Assembly (NCBI GenBank): GCA_903813345.2
Contig: CAIIXF020000001.1
Span: forward strand, 44,640,001 to 44,704,000
DNA: 64,000 nucleotides
Source: Owenia fusiformis
Lineage: Eukaryota
Direction: 5' to 3'
Of the stretch, positions 39,573-51,600 are shown one piece after another. Made by a program: the position numbers and the translations under genes. Position 1 is the stretch's first letter, and each line of letters starts with the position of its first letter. The notes beneath the pieces are model-generated. The model was not told the origin of the DNA and ran no database searches. It was given only the letters and a program-made list of their open reading frames with translations.

Positions 39573-42500
39573 ACTGGTCAGAATCCAAAACTGAATTTGC
39601 AGCGATTGAATGTTCAACTTTTCAGTTCAGAAAATATTCAAGTTTCTATTTTCGATGACCATTATCGGCTTCCAAGAGCTTTAAGAGCTTGAAATCACAA
39701 TCCATTTCCTCCACATTTTCATTGTGATCGTATTTGGCCGCCAATTTGTACAATTTGTTCACTTAAATCGACTTAGACACTGTTTAAATTGTTGAATCGG
39801 GAAATATTTTTCAAAAGATCGCCATTTCTAGGTCAACAGGAAGTCACGTAAGGCACTGAATAAATCGTGAAATCTGATTGGATCATAAGAATGGCGCGAA
39901 AAAGTAAAGTTTTTAAAAGTTTAAACTCGGGTTGATAGATCCGCCGGCAGTCACTCAGGATAGTAAAGCATAGGTGGATACACTCGCCGGCAGCATGCTA
40001 AAGGTTAATGTATGGAAGTAGCTCGACATGAGCCAGACAAGGCAACCATTTTTGCCAATATTTTACAGAAAAAAGTCAATTCAGACATTTTTCATTTTAA
40101 TTGAAACGGAGAAAATAAAATCTTAGGATTATTATTTCCCCATTAAATCAAATAAGCCTCGCTAATTTAAATTAGCTTTACCTAGTTTCCGGTCCTGGGT
40201 ATGTCCCTGAAATACCACATGACTACAAACAGGAAGTGCTTCATAACATAAAAAATACAGTTCTTTTAATCATCGTAACAAAGGTCTTTTATTACTTTCT
40301 ATCATGTAGGCTTGGTCCCAGAGACTAAAGCTCAGGTGGACTTTATTCCTGTAATTATGAACTACCTGGGAGAAAAATTTGACTATCACTCTTTTTGTGT
40401 ACTATTCATCTTAAAATTTTGAAGAAACCACTTGATTGTCTAGTTTTTTTTATATAATTCACGAACTACAGTTTAATATCAATATGTATATACTTTATTT
40501 CATTTCAAATGGTACACTTTTCATTTTATTTTAAAATATGAAACATGACAGAAATGATATTTTACAAAAAGGTAAAAGTATCTTTTTTAACAGTTGATGG
40601 TTTCTGATGCCTAGGGAAATTACTTAGAACAGCCAATTTAAAGAAATGAAATTTGAGACACACTAAAGAGACTGTTCAATTAGTCAAGGTATTGTTTCAT
40701 TTTTATTAGTATTACCTGATGTTAAATCAAGGGAATAGCAAATAAGCTTTTCTGTTGGGATATAATGAGAATATACAGATCACGCAATATAACTAACAAT
40801 TTCTTTAATTTCAGTTGACATTCATATTTTCTAACACAAAGAGTAAATTCTTTTCTTTCCTGTTGTCTTGTGGCAATAGTTAAAGGTCGAGTGCCTGGAA
40901 ATATTAACACAATTGAACATGTTGAACAACTAATATACATACTTTTTGTGGCTTGGTTGAATGGCTATTAATCCCAAGTTCCGATGTGTCTCATCAAGAA
41001 GACGACAGAGTGACAAAGATTATGTCAAGCGGAGTTTATAATTTTTTGTGCAAATTTTCTTCTTGGATCGAAAAATTTCATTTTAATTAGATTAAGTTAC
41101 GATAGGTGCCAAAAGGCCTAAAAATAGGTCATGTGACACAAAACAACGAATCATATGACACAAAAACAATGATTCATTCGCCAGATGGCATAGTTAAATG
41201 AGGTCAATTTTACGACAAACAAAAACTGTTTAGCTCAGCTTCAACTTTGCTCTCGCAGTCGAATGAAACTGAAACTTCTTTCGTCGATATTGAGTCGAGT
41301 GATTTTTTTCAGCCTCCGGTATTTTGACAAAAGTAAGTTCAGGTCGTAGCCATTCTTCGGGGCAGGTTTGAGACACCAATGATTTATTTTGGAGTTTTTC
41401 TAAGGGATTATTCCAGACTTCCAGCTATTGTACCTTTAACATCATTAGACGCCAGCCACCATTTGTTACAGACATCAACCAACAAACACCAACTGCCAAA
41501 GACCATCCACAAAAAACTTGGAGAATATAACAATATTAGTCCACTTCTGATAGCCTGAATCTGACAGTAGACTTTTTTATTCCTCACTATTCTATACTTA
41601 TATAATATAATCGAGGATTTTGATTTGAAGGCAGTGGGTGGCAACTTTGACCACCTGTGAAGCAAATCTGCCTGCCATTGCAGTAAATTACACAGTTTCC
41701 GTGTGCTAGTTGCGCAGCTTTTACCACCTCTGCCAACAAGAGCTAATAATATGATTGCATTAATATTTCAAAATCAACAAATAACTGCATCAGATATGCC
41801 TCAAAATGAAAGTCAGGCTAACATGATTCCACAAATGTCAGCTTGAGATGCCAATGTCAAAGAATGAAATGAGACAGAATCTGGTATGCATCCATTTAAA
41901 AAGCCGAACACAACCAGATCTAAATGTAAGAAAGGCATTGTTAGGGGAAGGGGAGATGTGACCAAACCATTCAATCACCCCATATACCTTTTCATATCAC
42001 ATTCTTGTATTAGACTCATAGATATTTATATCTTCTTTTTGTTTGGCTTCGTCCATTTAATTGTAGACATCCCTATTGGCCTTAATTCTTTCTATTTGTA
42101 CAGGGATGCATGATGGAAACTGTCTACATAAGGCATCAGTAGCCACTTAAAAGTACCAATTAACAAGATAAAGCTAGCTTTGTGACTCATGGAAATGATA
42201 CTATCCTTTCAGTATCCATAATTTGAAGATCTAATTGCCTTTACTTCAATAAAAGCCTTGGATTTCATTGCAACACTTCGTAAAATCCTCAATAAAGTTA
42301 AGCTGGGTTCAAAGATAGCTTGCCTTTCACAGCATCAGACTAAATAAGATAGTTGCTTTAAGTTCAAGAACTTAGTTCTATATCAACACCCTGTTCTCAC
42401 TCACAGGTACCAACCACAGGAGTAAATAGGGCGAAGGGAAGGGAGTATGATACTTTTCACAAAACTAATATGTCAACAGAACAGAGTAATAATAGACTTT

Positions 42501-43050
42501 GATAAATGAAAAAGTTACACAAATTTGAGAGATTGTTACCTTAATAAATGAACAAATTACCTGAAATTTACTTGATGAATCAAGAAATAATGAAATACCC
42601 TTTATAAACGAAAAGACTACCCTATATATTAGCAGAGGCAAGTATTTCATTATTCAACATGAAGGTCAAGTGTTAGAATGAATTACTTGGTTGTAATATA
42701 ATCTTTCCCTATATCTAACAGATATCAGTAATAGAGACATTCTGAGACATTCGAAGCCCCAAAAAGGGTTATAGGGGTTCAAAAATTTTATATTGTATAT
42801 GGTACTTCAAACTAGAATTTGTTAATGTTTTTCAGCAATCCCATGAACCTCACCCACCACACTCCCCTATGGCTACATCCATGGTCTTAAAGAAACATTA
42901 TGTGTACTTTTTGAAAATGAAACCCACTAATGCTCCCCCAGATCTGACAGTGCAATCTACAGTTCAATAACAAAAACTATTAAAGTATACCATCAACAAT
43001 GCTAATGGTTTTTAGCTTGGATACAGGACTATCAATCAATTTAAACTCAC

Positions 43051-43287
43051 CGCAGCAATCACCTCTGTTGTAGATTTCGACTCGGGATATGATAAATTTC
43101 TGCTCCAAGTCAACCATCCACCACGGATCCTCACCAGTGTCGCTTGTATGAGTACATGAGCCTTGATTAAAGTCTGGATCAGTGTTACCATCAACAGCTA
43201 GACCTGCAGGGCCCTTTCTGCTGTCTGGGCCCTCAGTTGACTGATTAGCTGGTTTGTTGGTTGATACTATGAACTGACCTGTTGTGC
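43051..43287 (-). CDS. RPTP exon 2, N-terminal half of F-type lectin domain
   Basis: ...LAVDGNTDPDFNQGSCTHTSDTGEDPWWMVDLEQKFIISRVEIYNRGDCC; tttcAG acceptor, GTGAGT donor, 237 nt, phase 1-1. Confidence 0.9.
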
Positions 43288-44719
43288 CTGAAATTAAAGG
43301 TATATTGTAAAGCATAATGGGAAATACAAATCCAAAATAATGGGGAATACAAATCCAAAATAATAATAGGGAATACAAAATGCAAATGAAGTTTTTCCGT
43401 AGCCATTACAAAAATTCAGTGTCACTTATTGTGGTGGTGACATAATTACTAAGTAAAATGATACAAAAACATGAAAGGACTATTTACCTCATTTCAAATA
43501 TTATATCTCTTAAAAATCTGATTTTTCTGAATGGGTAGGCACCATATTGTTTCATGGAAACCAAAATTTCACCAAGGAAAACATTACACTGCTTAATCCT
43601 TGTGAGTGTCTGCTCTAAGAGTCATCACCCTCTTGACTTATATTCAAGATTTCTTTCCAAGAAAGGTAGTCTAGCTACAAGCATTTGTGTGCCCCCCCCT
43701 CCCACTACATATCTCCTCTGTGTGAGAAGTTTTCATACTTGTATAGTCAAGGGGGGGGGGGTTACATTTTTTTTCACTTAACAATAAATCTCTGAACTCA
43801 TAGAGCCATTTAGAGTTCATCATCAAAATACAAACGACTTTCTGTATATGGTTATTTCCTCTAGCATCATTGCATAGTTAATGAGCACGCATTAAGCATG
43901 TGTCCTTCCAGCCCGCTGATTGGTTCAGAAAAGATCAGCGTGGTAGGTTTGTAATGATTTATGACCTGGACTGTCACGGGCATAGGTTGTTGGGGTGGGG
44001 CTACAAAAAGTAATATATAGTCTATACTAGGCAGAGGGTAGTTTATAAGACTCTGTGCACAGGGTAGCAGAGAAGGCTCTGGAACATTCTGATAATCATC
44101 ACATTTGTCCAGATCATGAACAACATGATCTCATAACTGAACAAGAAATAAGATGAGATGGCTTATCATGATGTACTCAGATGGGGTCACCGCAACCCCA
44201 AATCAATACAGCTCCAATTTGAATGGTTGAGTTGCGCCAAGAATTTGACAGAGGTGACACAATCATTTTTTCACTTCACTTCATCTGACAAAAGTCAGGC
44301 CTCTGACAATTCATACCAAAGGAAGGGAGGCCTCTTAAGAAAAATACAAATCTAACATCAGGATGTCAACCAGAAAAGCTCCCTGGGAGTTCTTCGTATC
44401 AATAAAAGTGAAAATCAATATTTCTAATCTAATTTATTTAGAAGTTCTATCAATTATAGGACATTATTTGGCTATTTTCTCACTCAATTATAAAGCCTTG
44501 GTGTGAGAAGTTCAACTCAGAGTCTATAATAGTTTTCTAGTTTTGCATGGTACATGAAATTAATTACCCAAGGGTTAAAAGATAGACAGGATACATATCT
44601 CGCTGTTGTTTTCTGTTCTGCAGAATTCAAAATGTCATGATAATGTTCCTTTTAGGTTTATAAACGATCCCATTGTACAGATTATCATAAAGCTAATTCA
44701 TAAAGGAGCTAGTCATTAA

Positions 44720-44859
44720 TGCCTGGGTCACATATGCTCCAATCCATCGGCCGGCGCCTGCCCGATTGAGTGTTTTGTTCAATATTGTATTCAATTTTGA
44801 ACAAAATACTCAATCGGCCGGGCGCCGTAGTAAAAATCGGAGCATATGTGACCAAGGCA
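44720..44859. mobile_element. PIF/Harbinger (Tourist)-like MITE, almost fully palindromic
   Basis: TAA|TGCCTGGGTCACATATGCTCC ... GGAGCATATGTGACCAAGGCA|TAA. Confidence 0.85.
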
Positions 44860-45808
44860 TAAGAGAAGTTTGAAGTTGGCGTCATCAAGGTAAATTGTAT
44901 TGAAGGTGAAAAAAGTTATTGCAGCAGCACTCAAAGTCATGTTTAAGGTCAAATTTACATGGAGGCTACTTTAATCCATCCATTTATACGGCCTTTAAAG
45001 AATTATACTGGTAAACGAGTATAATATGATCTGTACTAATATGGTATCAAAACACAATATAATATTTTAATTATTTCTTGTTACAATATTACCAAGGGGA
45101 TCAGAATTTTCTTAATTTCTTAATTTTCACATTCTTCTCTGCTAAAAATAAATAACAGAGAATCAAGAACAAGGTCAATGTTGTGAAAAAGGTCAAGGCC
45201 ACAGGAAATATATATCACATATCGCATTACCTATCCTTTGAATAATGAACCAATTTTGATTTAAGCGCTCATTTCCTTAAATGTCAGTTACTTCTCTGAT
45301 AATAATGTTAAAACAGTTAAATTAGATTTAGTAGAAGTTTCTACCTTAACATCTAAGGTCCTTTAATTGATGCTAAACACCATTATCTCCACCTACGGAT
45401 ATATTTACTATGTACTTTTAAATGATTTACTGTAAATTCAACATTTTAGAAGGGGTTTCCTCTTTATACAAAGATTTATCTGATACAATCAAAAACTGCC
45501 ATTTCAATAAATCTAGTTTTCAAGCACAATTCTGATATATTTTCAATGTATCTTTGGATCAAAATATACCTCATACCTCACGCTACATATTGTATTAAAA
45601 ACAGAGAAATCACCATAATCATTTTTGATTGGGTCATCAATGATCAGCTCAAGGAATGCCTTTCATGAAAATTTTCATAGACTTACAGAAATAAACAACG
45701 AAGAAAAAAGAATTGATGATCCATTTTATGATTCAAACAACTAATAATTTCAAAGATTTGCTGCTACATTCTATGTATATAGATCTACAGAACTCTTTCC
45801 TCCTCCTT

Positions 45809-45899
45809 TAGTCTTACCTCAAGACTCTGACCCCCCCTATCTACTTTACAACAGTTCTTCAAGTAGATGGAGGGGGTCCAGGGTCTTGATGCAAGACTA
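45809..45899. mobile_element. ~90-bp hairpin MITE
   Basis: TAGTCTTACCTCAAGACTCTGACCCCC...GGGGGTCCAGGGTCTTGATGCAAGACTA. Confidence 0.65.
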
Positions 45900-46284
45900 C
45901 TCCCCCTTCAAAAAGAAAGAGAATCTGCGATTGGAGGATGGTGCTGCTATTGAAGTAATCTATAAAGATGATAGTTCAAAAATGTGATGAAAGCTCAACT
46001 GAACTTTCCTGGTGTTCGCAATATATCAAACAATAATTAGGATGCCTGATTTCTCAAGTGCCCAAATGTAATATACTGTAGTCATTTCTCAACTTCAAAG
46101 ACTAGTTGGAGGAAATAAACATTACCTCTGTGTTAAATATCTTTTCACCTGAATACGCCTGGGGGGTACTTATGGCAAAGCGCTTTACATCTTGGAGTTC
46201 AAAGATTTACTTGTTGCTCAACAGTAACAGAGGTTTTTTCATTTCAAAAGCAGCACAGGTGATTTTATCCATGTCAAAATTCAA

Positions 46285-48610
46285 AATTAGTACCATGGGT
46301 ACTGGGCTCACATGGTCACATTTTTTGCTGATTTTTTGTTACAAAATTATTTCAAGCCATCTGTCTCTCAGTCAATTAAAATGGCTGAAAAAAAAAACGG
46401 ATATAATTTTTTGCCAATAATTTGTAACAAAATTATTTCATACAACTAATCTTTACAGTGACATGGCTTTTTGCAATGCAAGACACCTAAAATTATTTGT
46501 AAAGCTAGGAAATGGGCCAAAATTGAATTTCGCAAGACAAAAATGGCGACCATTTTGAAATCAGGCAAGCTTTTGAACCAGGAGTCATAGGGGAGTTTTT
46601 TGTATTGATGTTGAACAAAAATAACTTGAAACTGGAATCCTATTGACAGAGGTTTTAAGCAAATGGTCCAAAAGAGGATTTCCCGAGACAGATAGACAAA
46701 TCAATGTTAACTAAAATGGCTGAAAATAAAAAAACGGATATAATATTTTGCTGATTATTTGTAACAAAATTATTTCATACAACTACCTTTTACAGTGACA
46801 TGGCTTTTTACAATGCAGGACAGCTGAAATTATTTGTAAAGCTAGGAAATGGGCAAAAAGTGAATTTTGCGAAACAAGAATGGCAACCATTTTGAAAATA
46901 GGCGAGCTTTTGAACCAAGAGTCATAGGAGAGTTTTTTGTATTGATGTTGAACAAAATTAACTTAAAATGGGAATCCTATCGACAGAGGGTTTAAGGTAA
47001 ATGGTCCAAAAGTGGATTTTGCGAGACAGATGGACAAATCAATGTTAACTAAAATGGCTGAAAATAAATAAATGGATATAATTTTTCGCTGATTTTTCGT
47101 AACAAAATTATTTCATACATCTACTCTTTACATTGACATGGATTTTTACAATGTAGGACACTTGAAATTATTTGTAAAGCTAGGAAATGGGTCAAAAGTG
47201 AATTTTGCGAGACAAAAATGGCAGCCATTTTGAAAATAGGCGAGCTTTTAAACCAGGAGTCATAGGTTAGTTTTCTGAATTGATGTTGAACAGAAATAAC
47301 TTAAAACAGGAATCCTATCGACAGAGGTTTTAAAACGTGCCACAGAAAGTGGATTTCGCGAGTCAGATAGACAAATCAATGTTAACTAAAATGGCTGAAA
47401 ATAAAAAAATGGATACAATTTTTCGCTGATTTTTTGTAACAAAATTATTTCATATATCTACCCTTTACATTGACATGGATTTTTACAATGTAGGACACCT
47501 GAAATTATTTGTAAAGCTAGGAAATGGGTCAAAAGTGAATTTCGCGAGACAAAAGTGACGGCCATTTTGAAAATAGCCAAGCTTTTGAACCAAGAGTCAT
47601 AGGAGAGTTTTTTGTATTGATGTTGAACAAAAATAACTTAAAATGGGATTCCTATCGACAGAGGGTTAAAGGTAAATGGTCCAAAAGTGAATTTTGCGAG
47701 ACAGATGGACAAATCAATGTTAACTAAAATGGCTGAAAATAAATAAATGGATATAATTTTTCGCTGATTTTTCATAACAAAATTATTTCATACATCTACT
47801 CTTTACTTTGCAATGGACTTCTACAATGTAGGACACTTGAAATTATTTGTAAGGCTAGGAAATGGGTCAAAAGTGAATTTCGCGAGACAAAAATGGCGGC
47901 CATTTTGAAAATAGGCGAGCTTTTGAACCAGGAGTCATAGGGGAGTTTTCTGAATTCATGTTGAACAGAAATAACTTAAAACAGGAATCCTATCGACAGA
48001 GGTTTTAAAACGTGCCACTGTTATTGACAGAAAGTGGATTTCGCGAGTCAGATAGACAAATCAATGTTAACTAAAATGGCTGAAAATAAAAAAATGGATA
48101 CAATTTTTCGCTGATTTTTTGTAACAAAATTATTTCATATATCTAATCTTTACATTGACATGGATTTTTACAATGTAGGACACCTGAAATTATTTGTAAA
48201 GCTAGGAAATGAGCCAAAAGTGAATTTCGCGAGACAAAAGTGACGGCCATTTTGAAAATAGGCGAGCTTTTGAACCAGGAGTCATAGGGGGGTTTTCTGT
48301 ATTGATGTTGAACAGAAATAACTTAAAACAGGAATCCTATCGACAGAGGTTAGCTAGGAAATGGGCTAAAAGTGAATTTCGCGAGACAAAAGTGACGGCC
48401 ATTTTGAAAATAGGCGAGCTTTTGAACCAGGAGTCATAGGGGGGTTTTCTGTATTGATGTTGAACAGAAATAACTTAAAACAGGAATCCTATCGACAGAG
48501 GTTTTAAAACGTGCCACTATTGTTGACGGACGGACGGACGGACGGACGGACGGACGGACAGACAGACGGACAAGTGAGCGATTGCAATAGCTCACCATGT
48601 GAGCTAAAAA
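46285..48610 (+). mobile_element. HINE-like element (family D) with ~6 x 338-bp core repeats
   Basis: 5' palindrome AGTACC-ATG-GGTACT plus GCTCACATGGT; AATGTTAACTAAAATGGC at 46703, 47041, 47378, 47716, 48063; (GGAC)n; 3' hairpin AGCTCAC-CAT-GTGAGCT then A-run. Confidence 0.87.
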
Positions 48611-51600
48611 GGACCAGGTAAAGTTTGACAAGTGAAACTTTTTAAAAAGTAATAATGTGGGGTCCTAATCCATAATTTTTCAGAGAGTTGGATTGATATT
48701 TTTATTTTCAGGGGGACTTGAAAGAAAACATATTGTTTTAATAAAAAACACTGTATTTATTGCCAGAAAGTGCTCATGGTGAAAAACATAACTTGAAGTT
48801 AATTCCTCCGAAGTAACATATAATATATATATTATTTATCTATCATACCTGGCAAAAATAAAGGTTTATGAAATAAAAAAACTGTTTAAGAAATAAGAAA
48901 CAAAAATACTCTTAGAAAAATATCTTTCAAAAAAGAAAGAAATGAGTAGCTCCCACAATTCTTTCATATTCTATCATATTCGGGGATTCCCCATTACGTC
49001 ATCTCCCGCATCATCTCCAATCAAATTGCAGAATGTGATCACGTGAACAATCATGAGCACGTGCTCTCTCAGTACTGCGCATGCGCAAAGTTAAATTTGA
49101 AATCATGAGAATGGAGTTAACATCAGTTCAACATCATCATTTTAAACCTACGGTAATACTATTGAAGTTACTTGATCCATATTTGCAGAGAATACTCATA
49201 AAACTACAGCGAACATTTGGAGATCCATTTCAATGGCAAATGAGGCCTGCTAATAAAATTTGTTTTCGAACGTGCCAATACGAAAGGTCATCTTTGGGAA
49301 ATCCCCCCCCCCCTGTTTCAAAACCTTAGCTCTTGTTTATTGATAATTTCAAAACACTATTCAAAAGTAAGAATATGAAGAAAAATTATTCCAGAATGAA
49401 TTGACAAAAAATATACTACATGCATGACAGCACAGAGAATTAATGACATGTAAATGTTTTACATCTTCATCTATCAATATTTATTTCATGGCTGAAGAAA
49501 TATACTGGCATAACAGTGTGTGAGTTTTATAGATTTTGAATAAAAATAGGGCAAGCGCTTGTAGTAGACACTTAACTTCAAAACAACTACTAACAACTAC
49601 TTGTGAAGCGAAAGTTCATGATTGAATATTCAGGATATACCAAGTACAATTATATATTTTAAAGATGGTTGCCATTGGTTGGCAACTCGAAGTAGCTAGA
49701 GGATATATGAGAGTGCTGATGAGAAGTGCTGACTAAAGCTCTTAAAATCAGATTTACTTCAAAACATGACATAAGTTGAATCATCTTTGTGTAATCTGTT
49801 TGATTCAGGCACAAAGTGAAAGACAATCAACTAATAAAGATATCATAATTTAATAAAACTACTTTTCATTTGATTTGGCTTTAAAGATTTTCTGTTTTAT
49901 ATTTATGTGATCTCAAATTTTGTTCTTTATGCAGTTCACAAGAAAAAGCTTTGTATTAATGAAAAAAGTATAATTCCTTAACAGCTAATTAATAATTATA
50001 TTACATAATATACATGTACTCTTAATATATCAAAGAGAATCTTTAATCATCTGATGGGAGATCTATGACAGCACTTGTTCTACTGAAGTGATATCCATCA
50101 TATTAAATCAACTACTTTGCCCAATTTAGAATATCAAAACCAGCTTCTCTACTGTTGAAAATTTCAAAAATCATAGAGAATCAGAAACCAAGGGGAATGA
50201 ATATAAAGTCGAGAACACTATTAACATTTATCATATTCCAATCAAGTATATAAATGAGGTTTTGTGAGATCTACTCATAATTGTCTATAACTCATGCATG
50301 AAATGAATAGGTATTAATCGATATGTCTTATGAAGTGAACTTTCAAGAGGTCACTTACCAAAATGAAATTAATCAAGAAGAAAGTTGTAAATCTAAATGA
50401 TATATTACATTTAGACAGTAGTTCATCCGGTGTGCTTCGCGCTGACAGCCTGATACAAAATGGAAACAGGGCTGATTATCTAGCTGGGGTGCTGTGAATT
50501 TGTATAATCTTAGATTAAGATTTTTTGGGGGGAATTTGTATGATACCAAGATTTATGAAAATCATATCAATCTAAAAAAAAAAATTTTTCTTTCTTTGTT
50601 ATAAGTCTACTTATGCAACTTTGACAATGGATTTAGTTTAGTATAACACTTATCACTGAGCTTGAATTGTCAAACCTCTAAATTAATCCAATAATAAATC
50701 ATAAATACAAAGAAATTCATGTAGAGAAGTAGATTTGCAAATTCTCTCTTTCATTTCTAGCCTATTCAGAGAAAATAAAATAGAATCTAGATAATTCTTA
50801 TATTACCTGGCTTTCAAGCTTCAACTGATCTGTTACAAGAACTTGACAGAATATCATTTTCAGCTTAAAAGCCATCACTACTCTATGATTTATCCCTTTT
50901 AAGAGGAAATTGCCTGTTGGTAGGTGACGAAAGATAAGTCCTTAATATTGGATGAATTCAAAAGATAAAAAGATACATTAAAACCTTTTATGCCACAACT
51001 TTATGTTATCTCCTAAGGGACTCAGATCATGTGAGAATTTAATTTTTCTTTATTTTGCGCATTAACAAAGGGCAATCCAATAGAGTTGACTTCGCCAATA
51101 CGCACACATTGGACTTCAAAGTTGACCATCAGGTGACCTCTTTTTTTAAATGTGACATTACATGACCTTGACATCATGACCTTGACATTTAAATCATCTG
51201 ACTGCAACATTCCACTCATCATAATAAAGACATTTTTTGTTTTTATTATATGCCAAGCCAGCCGTTACCACAAACTAAAATCTTCTGAATTTATTAATTC
51301 CATGATATACTGACCTTAATAGTTATTAAAAAGACATTTATGAATGTTTATTGACTGGTGTTGAAACATCAACGTTGAAATATATTTATTTGATTGTAAC
51401 ATTTGTTTTCCCTTCAACAATAGGGCATAGACTCTTGTAAACATGTCATGGCAGTCATTTTTCAAATCATATGCTGGATTAGGATCTAGGAAGCTTCCAA
51501 GACTCTGCAACAGATAACCATTCAGCGGCATTAAAGAAAATATCATCAAATATAAACAGCTCTTCATTTCATCATAATCACATTTTCAGTAAATTTCTGA

